Of a DNA stretch of 64,000 nucleotides, positions 27,138-41,484 are shown one piece after another; within the stretch, counting starts at the first letter, position 1; the number at the start of each line of letters is the position of its first letter. The position numbers and the translations under genes are program-made. Origin of the DNA: a virus; IMG/VR virus record IMGVR_UViG_3300034198_024209, positions 24,650-88,649 of that record, one strand, 5' to 3'. The notes below the pieces were generated by a model. That model was not told where the DNA came from, did no database searches, and saw only the letters and a list, made by a program, of their open reading frames with translations.

Positions 27138-28466
27138 ATGCCTACCGTTGTAAAAGCCTATTTAGGAACAGTACCACTTTTTACTGAAACTGGGGGAGGT
27201 GGATCAAGCACTGCATGGGTTCGTCCTTCCGACTGGCTCACGCTGCCCTCTGCCCAAGCTAATTCTGTAAAAATACTACATGCGGTTTTTGATCAAACTG
27301 AAAACTATGTGGTTATCAAAATGCAGACCTCCGACAATTCCTCATACACTATAAACTGGGGAGACGGTAATACCACAACAGCGTTAAGCAACGCAAATAC
27401 TACCTACAATTACAGCTACAGTTCTTCTGGATTGAATGGCACTCTCTCTACTCGCGGATACAAGCAAGCCATAATTACCATAACGCCAGTAGGCTCAGCA
27501 ACATTTACACTTTGCGATCTATCGCAAAAAATCACATCGCCAGCAGGTATGCAAATGTACGCTACAGGGCTGCTTGATGTTAATATAAATCTTCCAAATC
27601 TTATAACTGGCCAGAGGCTACTCATAGGCTCAGCGGCAGTTCGCCATTCCCACCTCGAAAGGGTTTATATCGGATCGTGGGGGCTTATTAGCAATGTATC
27701 ACTCTTATTCCAGTATTGTCCTGCGCTTCAATCTCTGAACGAGACAGAGTGGAACATGTCAAACATAACTACTGTTGGAAGTATGTTTTTTGACTGCTGT
27801 GGTATAAAGGTAATCGATGGGTCTAATTGGAACATGTCAAAAGTCACCATTTTTGCGTCCATGTTTCAAAATTGTGCAACCATCCAAAAGGTAATTTGCA
27901 CGAACTGGGTCACATCAGCAGCCACTAGCCTTGGAAATATGTTTTACCTCTGCGGGGGTCTCACGAATATAGATGTGTCCAGTTGGAATACTGCTAACTG
28001 CACAACTTTTGCTTCACTTTTTTCGGGATGCCGCTCCTTGACCAGTATAAATGTTCGTAACTGGAACACCGCAAAAGTTACCACAATCGCTAATATGTTT
28101 GAAAACTGCGTTGCATTGCAAGAAGTGGATATGTCTCTTTGGAGCCTGCCATTATGCACGACTGCAGCGGCAGCTTTTTCAGGCTGTCATTCCTTGAAAA
28201 AACTAGGGCCGTGTAACTTCTCGGCTTTAACGACCCTTACAACCACATTCAACAACTGCCGCTCTCTCACTTCATGCACCGTAACAGGCATGAAGGTAAA
28301 CGTGGATTTTACAAATTGCCGATTAAGCACAGCTGCACTTAATCAAATTTATACTAACTTAGCCTCAGTAGCAACAGTCAGGACAATTACGGTCACAGGC
28401 AATTATGGCAATGTCGCCGACGACACATCAATAGCTACGGCTAAAAACTGGACAGTAACAGGATAA
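27138..28466 (+). CDS. DUF285/BspA-like leucine-rich repeat protein
   Basis: About 7 repeats of W..S.VT....MF..C..L..+D; N-terminal W.RP.DWL and INWGDG. Confidence 0.8.
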   Translation: MPTVVKAYLGTVPLFTETGGGGSSTAWVRPSDWLTLPSAQANSVKILHAVFDQTENYVVIKMQTSDNSSYTINWGDGNTTTALSNANTTYNYSYSSSGLNGTLSTRGYKQAIITITPVGSATFTLCDLSQKITSPAGMQMYATGLLDVNINLPNLITGQRLLIGSAAVRHSHLERVYIGSWGLISNVSLLFQYCPALQSLNETEWNMSNITTVGSMFFDCCGIKVIDGSNWNMSKVTIFASMFQNCATIQKVICTNWVTSAATSLGNMFYLCGGLTNIDVSSWNTANCTTFASLFSGCRSLTSINVRNWNTAKVTTIANMFENCVALQEVDMSLWSLPLCTTAAAAFSGCHSLKKLGPCNFSALTTLTTTFNNCRSLTSCTVTGMKVNVDFTNCRLSTAALNQIYTNLASVATVRTITVTGNYGNVADDTSIATAKNWTVTG

Positions 28467-28470
28467 ATTT

Positions 28471-28650
28471 ATGGACGACACATCAGGATTCTACAAACTG
28501 GACGAGGGGCAACTTCTATACGGGCCTAACTTCGTAATCAACGCAAACTACCAGCTAAACAGAGAAACTAAAGACGAACACGCTTACCCCGTGGATGGAT
28601 GGAGCTGGTTTGACAGCAAGGAAGAAGCTGAGAAGGCATTAATCCAATAA
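28471..28650 (+). CDS. small protein (59 aa), probable partner of the LRR protein
   Basis: MDDTSGFYKLDEGQLLYGPNFV...YPVDGWSWFDSKEEA; clean ORF below the track cutoff. Confidence 0.7.
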   Translation: MDDTSGFYKLDEGQLLYGPNFVINANYQLNRETKDEHAYPVDGWSWFDSKEEAEKALIQ

Positions 28651-28735
28651 CATAATTTAATATTTTTTTGATTGGCATTAATATATTAAATTTTTTGTTC
28701 TGTATTTTTTGCTCAAAATACGATAAAAAAGAACC

Positions 28736-31804
<3,069 letters not shown>

Positions 31805-31811
31805 AAATTTA

Positions 31812-34800
31812 ATGGACATTGCGTGTCTTGAAAATACATCTCTACTTATAGGTAAAACCGACAGGATACTTTATTCTTTTGGGTTTTCCCCAACTATTTG
31901 TTCTGATCCAGATTTAGTTATTCAAGTGTCTTGCGGTAGGGATCATTCATTAGTATTAAAGGAAGATGGCCTGGTTGATGCATGGGGGAATATTTATTCT
32001 TTAACTGAAAATACAATGCACAGGCCCCCAGCTGGGCTTAGAGGCATAAAGTATATTTCAGCTGGAGAGAAACATGGATTAGCTGTTGAATCAATACATA
32101 ATTCTGTTATTGCATGGGGTTCAAACGAATATGGTCAATCTAATGTTCCAGAGTCTATAGCGGGTATAGAATATCTAAATGAACCAGTAGCAAAAGTTGG
32201 AGCCGGATACAGTTATTCACTCGCTTTAATGGAGTCTGGTACAATTTTGGCTTGGGGCGATATTGTTGGTCAACCGCCCAGCTCTTTATCTACTAAAACG
32301 GTGGTAGATATATCTACAAAAGGAAAACACTCGCTGGCTCTGATAGATGACGGTACAGTTATCGGATGGGGTCAGATAACTAACCTAGATGCGTCAAGCG
32401 TTATACACACAGATGCTGGCAGTATTATTCCTGTTGGATTAAATAATGTAACAAAAATATCTGCTGGTTTTTCTCATTGTTTGGCGCTTAAGTCAGATGG
32501 CACTGTTGTGGCCTGGGGAGACAATACATATGGACAGTGCAATGTCCCAAGTGGATTAAATAACGTTTACTCCATTTGCGCTGGATATAAGCACTCATTA
32601 GTTATAAAAAATGACGGATCTATTGTTGGCTGGGGAGACAATACATATAATCAATGTTCGTGGAGTCAATTATCCCACGTTCAATCAGGCGCAATACAGC
32701 CAAAAGTGGAGGCATATGGACAGACTAGCTATGTGTTAACACGTGGTGGAGATCTTTATTTTTGTGGGACAAGCGGAAGTATTAACTCTACTAGTACATT
32801 AGTGGATAGCAACGTTCAGGACTTTAGAGTTTTTGACTCTAGTGATGTGACTTTTTCTTCCAATGTATACACTCCCCCTTCTGTTGGTTTATACTTAAAT
32901 AGTAACAACAGTAGTAATTTAGATAATTTTTTTATAGGTAGCTTGGGCAATGGGTATGCTGTAAGCTACACCATTGAATTGTGGTTCTATCCAATTGGAA
33001 ACCAAAATGGAAAAACTTTGTTAGCTGATACATTCGCGAATAATCAATGTAGTTTTGCTTTAGCGTGGTTTAATAATGAAGGGACGGGAGCTGGCTCAGG
33101 ATTTAAGTTTGGGTTTTACGGCAGAAAAAGGATTTATGTCGGATGTACTTTAAATTATTATACGTCATATCAATGGTATACTCAAAGCGCTGGAGCACCA
33201 TGGTTAAATACATGGAACCATGTTTTAATTTCGCTAGAGACAGAACAAATTGCGTCTGGAGGAACGATTGGAGGAAAAACAAATTTAGGTGGATATAAAT
33301 ACAACACTAGAGCATACTTAAATGGAGTTCATCAATCCTCTGAAGAGCACTATGTCTTGGTGCCTTCGTGTGGCGCTGGTAGCACAATAAGTGCATATAC
33401 ATATAGCGCCGAAGGAGGCATACCATTATCTAATTCAATTAAAATAGGTAGGAGATGGGACAACAACTCGACTCAATATAAATTCAATGGATATGTAAGA
33501 AATTGTCAGATAAAACATGGCGAAAAAAAACTGAAAAATGAAACATTTACACCAACTCCAGTAAATACTGTATTGACTCCCATCCAAAATGATCTGTCAA
33601 TGCAATTCACAAGCAATAATGCTGGAGAACTTTATTCATACTTTTCACAGGGTTCATATTTTTATGATTTTACTCCAGTTGGGGATGGATGTGCTGTATA
33701 TAAAAAGATAGATGGAACTACTAACTGGCACGGATCTGGCACTGATAACAGAAGACCATCATTTGAGTCCGTTCCCAACAGAATGCCAATGCTTCAGTAT
33801 GGTTTTGAGATAGACTCTACTGGAAAGCTTAAACAGGCCTCTGGTGATTTGGCACTACATGGAGGAAATTTTTATTATTTAAACAATCTTCTAAATTCGC
33901 CAGTTGAAGATGTTATATCTATTTCTTCTTCATCTAGAATACATAGTTTTTACGATGGTAACACCAATTGTCATTTAATTATTTTGACTAAATTTGGGAT
34001 AGTTTCATTCGCGCCTTTCTCTCAATATAGCACTGTATCAAATAAAGTGTCCGTAGCAAAATGGATGAGAGATTTGAGGACAGTAAGTGATTGGTTATAT
34101 GATAGTAGCCCCAATAACACCCCCTTTTATTACAATCCGCAGCTACGTTCGTTAGAACTTAATACTTCCACAAATCCACCATCACCTAATCGGCTTTATG
34201 CAAATCAAAATATATCTGTCAAAGTAGTTAACACTGGTGTTGGTGATTCATCGAATGATTCGTATACGGTAATTAATGATAAAGATTATATCCCCCCATT
34301 AAATTCATATTTTTGTTATTGTAAGGGATTACCAAACTTACTTTACGTAAGTCAATCTGATTGCCAGATAAGGGGAAATACATACGAAGCAGCAAATTTT
34401 GATATATACATTAATTTAAATAATTTTTTAATAGACCCATCTTTAAGGCTATTGAGACCAGCTAGATTGCGGATTAATAAATATTCTTACTTCTTTCATC
34501 AGTTAGGATACGCAAATGTATTTATACCAGACACACTAAATAATGTAGTCGATGAAAATCAGTTTTTGTTAAGTATAAGTGGGCTGCCCAAGAATAACGC
34601 AGTTTTAGACAATGGGGTGAATCTTAAACTGAATGTAGACTATAATGGAAAAAAGAATTTACCTAAAATACCTGGAGAATATATTGTAACTATAACTACA
34701 TATGATTTTAATGTTCATTGCATAAGGTCATTTTGTATTTACGTTGGGGAGCCTGGTATTGCACTAAATGGAAACAAAGAAATAACTGGACAAAATATCG

Positions 34801-37800
34801 TTCCATCAAACAATAGAGCGAATGCTTTTCTCAAGTACTGTAGATTAAAAGACAAAGTATCTGAAATATCTTCTGGTGACACTTCGTTTTTTCATGATGA
34901 CGAAATTTTGTCTATAGATGAGGAAATTCCATTAAAAATAATTCAACAATCATTAATATTTAGAAAACCAATTTTATTTAAAAACAACTGTATATATGTA
35001 TCATCAGGGTATCAGGAATATTATTATCTTGATGTAAATGGTTTAACCTCTACAATATGTGCAGACAATGTAACTGGTACATATAAATATGGAAGTGATA
35101 ATTTTCCGCAGAGAAGTAGGATGGTATTCTTTGATCCATCTGTTGAGATAAAGTACAGAGATTTCAGGATTTCATATAAACAAACTTATTTATACCCGAG
35201 TGCCCCAAGTTTCAATAGTTTGTTTTTTTGGTCATCAACTTTAGACCCAAGAACAGACCAATCAACTTATAGCTTAACAGAGAGTAACGGGTCTATAGGT
35301 ATAATTAATAGTCAGCCAAGGTATTTTGCTAATGATATAAACCTATATAATGTCGAAACAAAAATTCCTTTTATAACGCCATTTCAGGCCCCCCACTTTA
35401 CAGACAAATCAGGAACAGCTTCATCCTGTATTTATCGAGAAATTTACAGAAATGGATCAAAAATAGAAATAAAGGATGGACCAACTCCCAATCCAGATGG
35501 TTCATATGGATGGGCAATAATAGAAGATTATATATATATATCTAGGTATATAGGATTAATTTTTTCTGATGATGTGTATAACACTGGAGAGACAACAGAT
35601 TCAATAATTAGTGATATTTCACTTAGCGTAGGCAATGAAACTATTGATTATTCAAAACCATTTAAGCCAATTTTGTTATCTAATTCAAATGTAGAATCTA
35701 ATTCCTTTAGAGCTATGTGGAAAAGATCAGCAGAGATGACTTCAGCTTTAATGGATATATCTACGGATTTAAATTTTTCCAATATCTTAAGGCAAGATGT
35801 TGTGTGCACTGGATCCACTCAATATAGTTTTCCAGATTCTGGCTCTAATAGGTATTTCGATTTAAACAACAACGGAATAACTGATGTTAGTAAAGCCATC
35901 AGGGAAAATACAAATTATTACTATAGAATAAAGCATAAAAAAAATGAAATAGTTGGAGATTATTCAGCTACACAGCTTGTATCTACACTATTTGAAAAAA
36001 TTAAAGTTAATATAGTTAATTATTTCATAGGTAGTCAGGAGCAGAATATACCAGTGCCAGGTGAATCAAATTCTGGATTTCCGTTTAGTTCGATATACAA
36101 AAATTCTGGCCAAACCTATTTATATAAAATTGACTTTGCCTCTGATGGACAAACATATGTAAATAATATAGATAGAACTGGAAATAATTCAAGTGACGCA
36201 ATAACTATTAAAATATATATAAAAGGTGCTCAATATTTTTTATTTTCTTATGTGATAAATAGATATGGACAACTTATAGATTCTCCGCAAGGCTTCTTAT
36301 CAGAGTCTACAAGCATACTTGCCTCAAATAAAAATATAACGGTAAAGGAATATACTTTTTCTCCGGATATAAGGGATTTAAATCTAGAGATTAGGGCTTA
36401 TCCTATAAATTCTCTTACTGACTTTGTGTATGTCGATACATTTTCTGGTGTAAACTTCTTGGGATTTAATTCGGTTCTACCATTCTTTATAGCAAATAAA
36501 GAGGTAACAGTAAATGAGTGGGAACAAGTTAGGCTTTACGCAGAAGAAAGAGACTGGGGTTATGACCTGCCAGCGGCAAGTAATTATTCCTCTGTGCATG
36601 AACCTATGTCCAATATAAGTTGGTTTGATGCTATAAAATTTTGCAATGCAAAAAGCGAGATGAACTGGTTGAGTCCAGTTTATTTAAATCTAGATGATAC
36701 TGTATACAAAAACGGACAATCTGTTTTACCGCAAATTAAATGGAGTAATAGCGGATATAGACTACCGTTAGAGATAGAGTGGGACTATGCAGCAAGAGGT
36801 GGAGCATTCAGCGGATCATATTTATATAGTGGATCAAATTTACCTAACTCGGTCTCGGTCAATTCATCTAACTCTGGTAACGCAAAAAATGAAGTTGCTA
36901 CATTGGCACCCAACGAAATAGCTGTTTATGATATGTCGGGCAACATTTCAGAGTGGGTACTAGACAACTATTCGCCAGCTGACCCAGTCCCAACGTCACA
37001 GCAAAACCCAGATTATTTATCGACTGTATTACTTTTGCATTTTAATGATGAATCTCCGCCGCTCACGCTAGGACTTTATGAACCAATTAATTCTGATGGA
37101 GGTCAGTCGAGGTTTTTAGCAACTGCATATACTTTTCCTAGCTATATAGGGTTTAAACTAGGCCCAGGTGTAAGAATAAGAAACTGTAAGATATTATTAA
37201 ATGGACCAAATATTGAAAAAACTTTTGGACTTAATCATGGCTGGGATCTGATTAAGTATTTTACATTTACTCACAACATTAATACAACTGCTGAAGGGAT
37301 AGGCACTGAAGGAGGTAGTCCTGGGTTTCCATGGAGCAACGATGTATGTGGTTTTTACTTAGATATATCTCCATCTGAAATAGCTAGTTCAACCTCTATT
37401 ACTATTGATTATGAATATACTTCTTCATGGGCGAGTAAGCAGGGTATAGCTTTTTGGAATAATGTTTCTACTCCTACTGGCTTTAATGGAGACATTAGCT
37501 CTGACTGGATAGGCACATGGGACAACCAAACCTATGCAAGATTGTCATCAAATATAAATAGGAACACAATAATAAATCAATCAAGTCGAGATGGTTCAAT
37601 ACACAGAAGAAGGACTATAATACAAAAAACAGCTGGGCAATATCACTTTATAACTGAATCATCTGCAATTTCTTTTCCTACAATAAACGACAGTAGTTTA
37701 CTGGGGTTATCCCCACTTAATTATTCTAATAGCTCTCCAAGTTCTCCAGTGATAATGAACACTGATAGTAAGTTTGATGGATATTCGCTTTTGTCTAGTA

Positions 37801-40511
37801 ATTCAAGGAACTTAGGGGTAAATTTTGAAAATAACAATTTTTATGATTTTTGTGACGGTTTTACTGTAGACTTTTGGTTTAAATTTTTAGGTTACGACAC
37901 GTCTGTAGATTCTTGGTATAACACTAACTCACATCTAATTCGTTTTAGTAGCTCTTATTATAAGTTTGGAGAATGGAGCGTTTATTTGAGTGAGGAGTCC
38001 AACAATGTTTACTTGAACGTATCTGGTCCAGATAATTTTATATTAAATGATAAAAATAAACTAATACAACTCAACCAATGGAATCATTTTGCTTGGTCAT
38101 ATGACCCAAAAACATTTAATCATATAATATTTTTAAATGGAATAATTTATAAAACAGGAATTAAACCAATTTATGTAACTGACTCTACTGTTACAAAATA
38201 TTTTAGAATATGCTCTAGGCCCAACTGGTCTTACCACGTTTTCAATGGTTATGTAGATGAACTTTATTTTACCTCAAAAATAAGATATACTCAGGACTTT
38301 AATTTACCGACCTCCCCGTATAATAGCTCAAAGCCAGACTCACTTGTGTTAGATATATCTAAAGACAGTCTAATAAGGGGGGGCAATTATACATCTTCCA
38401 GTGACGATCTAGAAATAAACAATAGAACAAATTTGTATTCATCTCGCTCGACAAGAGATAATAAATTTGGACTCAGGCTAGTTAAGAGTAATTGGAACCC
38501 CGTAAACGGGCAAATAGGAAGACTATTTATAAATCAAATAACACAAATAGATAAAAATGCAGCAGTTGTTTATTTAAATGGAGCCTCTAATGAATCTCTA
38601 TCTAGTAATGATTTATTGCAAGTAAGCGTAGACAATGGAATTACTTGGACTAATACTTCAACCAACAATCTTTTTTCTGGGTGGGAAATAAATAACAATC
38701 AATATGAAACAACATCTACTTATGAAGCAACTTATGGGCTTTTAATAACTATACAGCACAATAAAACTAATTTTATTTTACTTAGAGCATTAAAATTTTC
38801 TCACACACAAAATCAGACATCTAATGTTATTGTTTTTGACAACTTTGTTCAGGCCCCAGATATATCTTCTATAATTGCTTTGTCATATAAGACTACAATA
38901 ATAAGAATTAATTATTCATACACCGAATCATCTAATACATTGAAATATCAATACTCAATAAATAATACAAGTGATTTTGTTGACGTAAGTAATGTAAACA
39001 CATTTTCAAGCTATTTGGTAGTCCAGGACACGCAAATTGACAGAACACTTTTTATTAAAATAAGGGCAATCGATCAAAACAACATTCCATCGTTTTCATC
39101 AAATTCAAAATTAATTGAATTCAACTTATATCAACCAGTAATATTAGCTGCATCTCTCTCTGCTGACATAAATAAGCCGATAACAAATAATTTACCGCTT
39201 GCCGTTTTATATACAATTGATTTTGGTCCATTAGAGCCATCATCTTTTCAGTACTATTTTGGCGAGCAAGACAATACAAGCTCATGGAGTGATGTTGCAT
39301 CTAGCTCTGTTTTGATAAGCTCAAATGTGGCATCAATTAATTTATCTGTATTAGATGCACAAACGATACCAACAAATATTGTTTCTAGGTATGGAACGAT
39401 ATGGGGTAATTATAGTGAGCCATCTTCATCTATTGTTTCAAGCAACATTCAATTACCTAACCCCACTACTCCAACTATTACATCTGCAGACTGGTCTGGA
39501 TTTAATGAAGTGTCTGGAGTGCTTAGCGTATTCTTTGACTATGACGGCAATTTTTATCCAAATTATTCGAGGACTACCTTTTTATACAATATAAACAATT
39601 CTTCTGAATGGTTGAATGGGGGGGCATCTATACAAAAATTAGATACTGGTAACAATAAGTATAAATTAACTATTGCTCAATTTCCGTTTTTCGCCACAAA
39701 CCCTGTATCAATAAAAATAAAAATACAGTTAATATACTCAAACACTGAAAAAAGAATTAGTCAAGAGTCTAACATGCTTGAATTTGACACAATTCCACAG
39801 ATATCCCAAAATCCAGTTATCTTAGAAGTAATCAGTTCTTCAGTCGTGGAAGAATATACATATCCAGGGTATAATATGGTGGTCAGACCTTCGATACCTA
39901 CAACAGTTAAGTTTAGTTTTGCACAGAATACAGATTATTATTATAACTATCGCTACTTAATAGAATCGCCAGGACAGTCGGCATACTGGGAGTATGCTTA
40001 TTATGTATATCCAGATTACTCAGGGGCTAATAATAAATTAACTTCAATACCATTGCCAATAAGTACGGAAGAACGTACGTTAAAAATAAGAGCATCTTTT
40101 TATTCAGATCAATATGTTGAACTGACGTCTGATCCATTTAATTTGCCAATACTTACTTCGCTTCCAGCATACGAAAACAGGCCGTTGCTCTCTTTGGTGT
40201 CTCAAATTGGGTATTCAGATTATAACTGGGAGGAAGATACCTCCTCAGTTACAATGAGCGTTATGGTTGTGCCACAAACTCAGGTAAGCGATATAATCGG
40301 TTATGAATTTAATTATAGGCCTTCACAATCCGGCACAGTTAAAAATAAAATAAACATTGGAGCTGGCACCCTTAATTATGGCGAATTAACTTTCCCTGAT
40401 ATTTATATTACCGGTCTGAGCGCCTGGTCACTAGATATAACAGTTAATGCTGTTTATTCGGATGGGACAAGATCTCAAGAATCGAACACCATAGGTTTTT
40501 ATTTATGGTAA
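31812..40511 (+). CDS. giant 2899-aa adhesin-like protein: RCC1 repeats, LamG, FN3-like, split FGE-sulfatase/CLec domain
   Basis: N-terminal SAG..H.LAL..DG.V.AWG.N.YGQ repeats; TIELWF..WNH LamG motifs; EVT..W, RLP.E.EW.YAARGG and DMSGN..EW, then RGG...R...FGLR. Confidence 0.85.
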   Translation: MDIACLENTSLLIGKTDRILYSFGFSPTICSDPDLVIQVSCGRDHSLVLKEDGLVDAWGNIYSLTENTMHRPPAGLRGIKYISAGEKHGLAVESIHNSVIAWGSNEYGQSNVPESIAGIEYLNEPVAKVGAGYSYSLALMESGTILAWGDIVGQPPSSLSTKTVVDISTKGKHSLALIDDGTVIGWGQITNLDASSVIHTDAGSIIPVGLNNVTKISAGFSHCLALKSDGTVVAWGDNTYGQCNVPSGLNNVYSICAGYKHSLVIKNDGSIVGWGDNTYNQCSWSQLSHVQSGAIQPKVEAYGQTSYVLTRGGDLYFCGTSGSINSTSTLVDSNVQDFRVFDSSDVTFSSNVYTPPSVGLYLNSNNSSNLDNFFIGSLGNGYAVSYTIELWFYPIGNQNGKTLLADTFANNQCSFALAWFNNEGTGAGSGFKFGFYGRKRIYVGCTLNYYTSYQWYTQSAGAPWLNTWNHVLISLETEQIASGGTIGGKTNLGGYKYNTRAYLNGVHQSSEEHYVLVPSCGAGSTISAYTYSAEGGIPLSNSIKIGRRWDNNSTQYKFNGYVRNCQIKHGEKKLKNETFTPTPVNTVLTPIQNDLSMQFTSNNAGELYSYFSQGSYFYDFTPVGDGCAVYKKIDGTTNWHGSGTDNRRPSFESVPNRMPMLQYGFEIDSTGKLKQASGDLALHGGNFYYLNNLLNSPVEDVISISSSSRIHSFYDGNTNCHLIILTKFGIVSFAPFSQYSTVSNKVSVAKWMRDLRTVSDWLYDSSPNNTPFYYNPQLRSLELNTSTNPPSPNRLYANQNISVKVVNTGVGDSSNDSYTVINDKDYIPPLNSYFCYCKGLPNLLYVSQSDCQIRGNTYEAANFDIYINLNNFLIDPSLRLLRPARLRINKYSYFFHQLGYANVFIPDTLNNVVDENQFLLSISGLPKNNAVLDNGVNLKLNVDYNGKKNLPKIPGEYIVTITTYDFNVHCIRSFCIYVGEPGIALNGNKEITGQNIVPSNNRANAFLKYCRLKDKVSEISSGDTSFFHDDEILSIDEEIPLKIIQQSLIFRKPILFKNNCIYVSSGYQEYYYLDVNGLTSTICADNVTGTYKYGSDNFPQRSRMVFFDPSVEIKYRDFRISYKQTYLYPSAPSFNSLFFWSSTLDPRTDQSTYSLTESNGSIGIINSQPRYFANDINLYNVETKIPFITPFQAPHFTDKSGTASSCIYREIYRNGSKIEIKDGPTPNPDGSYGWAIIEDYIYISRYIGLIFSDDVYNTGETTDSIISDISLSVGNETIDYSKPFKPILLSNSNVESNSFRAMWKRSAEMTSALMDISTDLNFSNILRQDVVCTGSTQYSFPDSGSNRYFDLNNNGITDVSKAIRENTNYYYRIKHKKNEIVGDYSATQLVSTLFEKIKVNIVNYFIGSQEQNIPVPGESNSGFPFSSIYKNSGQTYLYKIDFASDGQTYVNNIDRTGNNSSDAITIKIYIKGAQYFLFSYVINRYGQLIDSPQGFLSESTSILASNKNITVKEYTFSPDIRDLNLEIRAYPINSLTDFVYVDTFSGVNFLGFNSVLPFFIANKEVTVNEWEQVRLYAEERDWGYDLPAASNYSSVHEPMSNISWFDAIKFCNAKSEMNWLSPVYLNLDDTVYKNGQSVLPQIKWSNSGYRLPLEIEWDYAARGGAFSGSYLYSGSNLPNSVSVNSSNSGNAKNEVATLAPNEIAVYDMSGNISEWVLDNYSPADPVPTSQQNPDYLSTVLLLHFNDESPPLTLGLYEPINSDGGQSRFLATAYTFPSYIGFKLGPGVRIRNCKILLNGPNIEKTFGLNHGWDLIKYFTFTHNINTTAEGIGTEGGSPGFPWSNDVCGFYLDISPSEIASSTSITIDYEYTSSWASKQGIAFWNNVSTPTGFNGDISSDWIGTWDNQTYARLSSNINRNTIINQSSRDGSIHRRRTIIQKTAGQYHFITESSAISFPTINDSSLLGLSPLNYSNSSPSSPVIMNTDSKFDGYSLLSSNSRNLGVNFENNNFYDFCDGFTVDFWFKFLGYDTSVDSWYNTNSHLIRFSSSYYKFGEWSVYLSEESNNVYLNVSGPDNFILNDKNKLIQLNQWNHFAWSYDPKTFNHIIFLNGIIYKTGIKPIYVTDSTVTKYFRICSRPNWSYHVFNGYVDELYFTSKIRYTQDFNLPTSPYNSSKPDSLVLDISKDSLIRGGNYTSSSDDLEINNRTNLYSSRSTRDNKFGLRLVKSNWNPVNGQIGRLFINQITQIDKNAAVVYLNGASNESLSSNDLLQVSVDNGITWTNTSTNNLFSGWEINNNQYETTSTYEATYGLLITIQHNKTNFILLRALKFSHTQNQTSNVIVFDNFVQAPDISSIIALSYKTTIIRINYSYTESSNTLKYQYSINNTSDFVDVSNVNTFSSYLVVQDTQIDRTLFIKIRAIDQNNIPSFSSNSKLIEFNLYQPVILAASLSADINKPITNNLPLAVLYTIDFGPLEPSSFQYYFGEQDNTSSWSDVASSSVLISSNVASINLSVLDAQTIPTNIVSRYGTIWGNYSEPSSSIVSSNIQLPNPTTPTITSADWSGFNEVSGVLSVFFDYDGNFYPNYSRTTFLYNINNSSEWLNGGASIQKLDTGNNKYKLTIAQFPFFATNPVSIKIKIQLIYSNTEKRISQESNMLEFDTIPQISQNPVILEVISSSVVEEYTYPGYNMVVRPSIPTTVKFSFAQNTDYYYNYRYLIESPGQSAYWEYAYYVYPDYSGANNKLTSIPLPISTEERTLKIRASFYSDQYVELTSDPFNLPILTSLPAYENRPLLSLVSQIGYSDYNWEEDTSSVTMSVMVVPQTQVSDIIGYEFNYRPSQSGTVKNKINIGAGTLNYGELTFPDIYITGLSAWSLDITVNAVYSDGTRSQESNTIGFYLW

Positions 40512-40571
40512 AAACAAGTGTTGACATTAAGTATAAAAATATGAATATTCAAATTCTAAACAAAAACACAT

Positions 40572-41021
40572 ATGAAACTTAAATTACCATCATTCATCGA
40601 AACCTATATCGTCAAGTTTGCCTTAAGCAAGGCAGGACCTTTTATACAAAAAGGTGTGTCTTTGCTTGCTGCATATCTTGTCGCTCTATTGTCCCAAAAA
40701 GTACCAGGCCTTGAGGCTCATCTAGATGTAGCCGTAATAACTGGTATCATTTGGGCAGTAATTGATAGTTTGATTAATCTCCTGCCATCAGACATCATCA
40801 AAAGATATGGAGCGAATATTCAGCTCTCACTTGCAACAGCAGGCAAGTCACTCAAGATTGACGGACTAGCTTTGGCTAAGACAGCTGAAGCTGCAAGCGA
40901 AATAGTAAGGAAGGAACAACTATTGGTCAAAAAACAAAAAGTTGTCCTTAACGAAAAAAGCAAAAATAATTCAGTAAGAAGAAAAAGACCGCCATTCTCT
41001 CCTAATGCAAAAATGAGATAA
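40572..41021 (+). CDS. membrane protein, holin-like candidate
   Basis: Two hydrophobic segments and a basic C-terminus. Confidence 0.45.
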   Translation: MKLKLPSFIETYIVKFALSKAGPFIQKGVSLLAAYLVALLSQKVPGLEAHLDVAVITGIIWAVIDSLINLLPSDIIKRYGANIQLSLATAGKSLKIDGLALAKTAEAASEIVRKEQLLVKKQKVVLNEKSKNNSVRRKRPPFSPNAKMR

Positions 41022-41040
41022 ACTAAAACAATAAAAGCAA

Positions 41041-41078
41041 AAATAAAAGAGCGAGATTAAAATCTCGCTTTTTTATTT
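41041..41078 (+). terminator. intrinsic terminator (bidirectional-like)
   Basis: AAATAAAAGAGCGAGAT-TAAA-ATCTCGCTTTTTTATTT. Confidence 0.8.
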
Positions 41079-41138
41079 GTTGGGTAGATATTTTTGATGT
41101 ATTATTTAAAAACAATTAATTTATTTTTTTGAACTAGA

Positions 41139-41483
41139 ATGACTCCAGACGCAACACCTAATCCAAATACACTTATCGAACTAGCAAATACCTTTGGTTT
41201 AGGCGTTGCAGCAATGTGTGGATGGATTTATTTCTTGATCAAAGAAATAAGAGACTACAAAGAAAAAGAAAGAAACTACACAAAAGAGCTTCTTGATTTG
41301 TCTAAAGAAAATATTGCAACAATGCATTCATTAACTCAGGTTGTCGAAGCTATCGCCCCTGCAATAACTGTAAGCTCTAATGACAATAAAAATAACCTCG
41401 AATCATCGGTACTCAGGATAAAGGAACACATAAACAATCAGTGCTCTATACTTGAGAAAATACTAAATAAAGATACTCAGTAA
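41139..41483 (+). CDS. single-TM protein, holin-like candidate
   Basis: TM segment FGLGVAAMCGWIYFLI followed by a coiled coil. Confidence 0.5.
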   Translation: MTPDATPNPNTLIELANTFGLGVAAMCGWIYFLIKEIRDYKEKERNYTKELLDLSKENIATMHSLTQVVEAIAPAITVSSNDNKNNLESSVLRIKEHINNQCSILEKILNKDTQ

Positions 41484-41484
41484 A

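Noticed and set aside
38370-38490. Complete diversity-generating retroelement
   Set aside because: No reverse transcriptase or template repeat was seen in the window; only a potential target fold is present.
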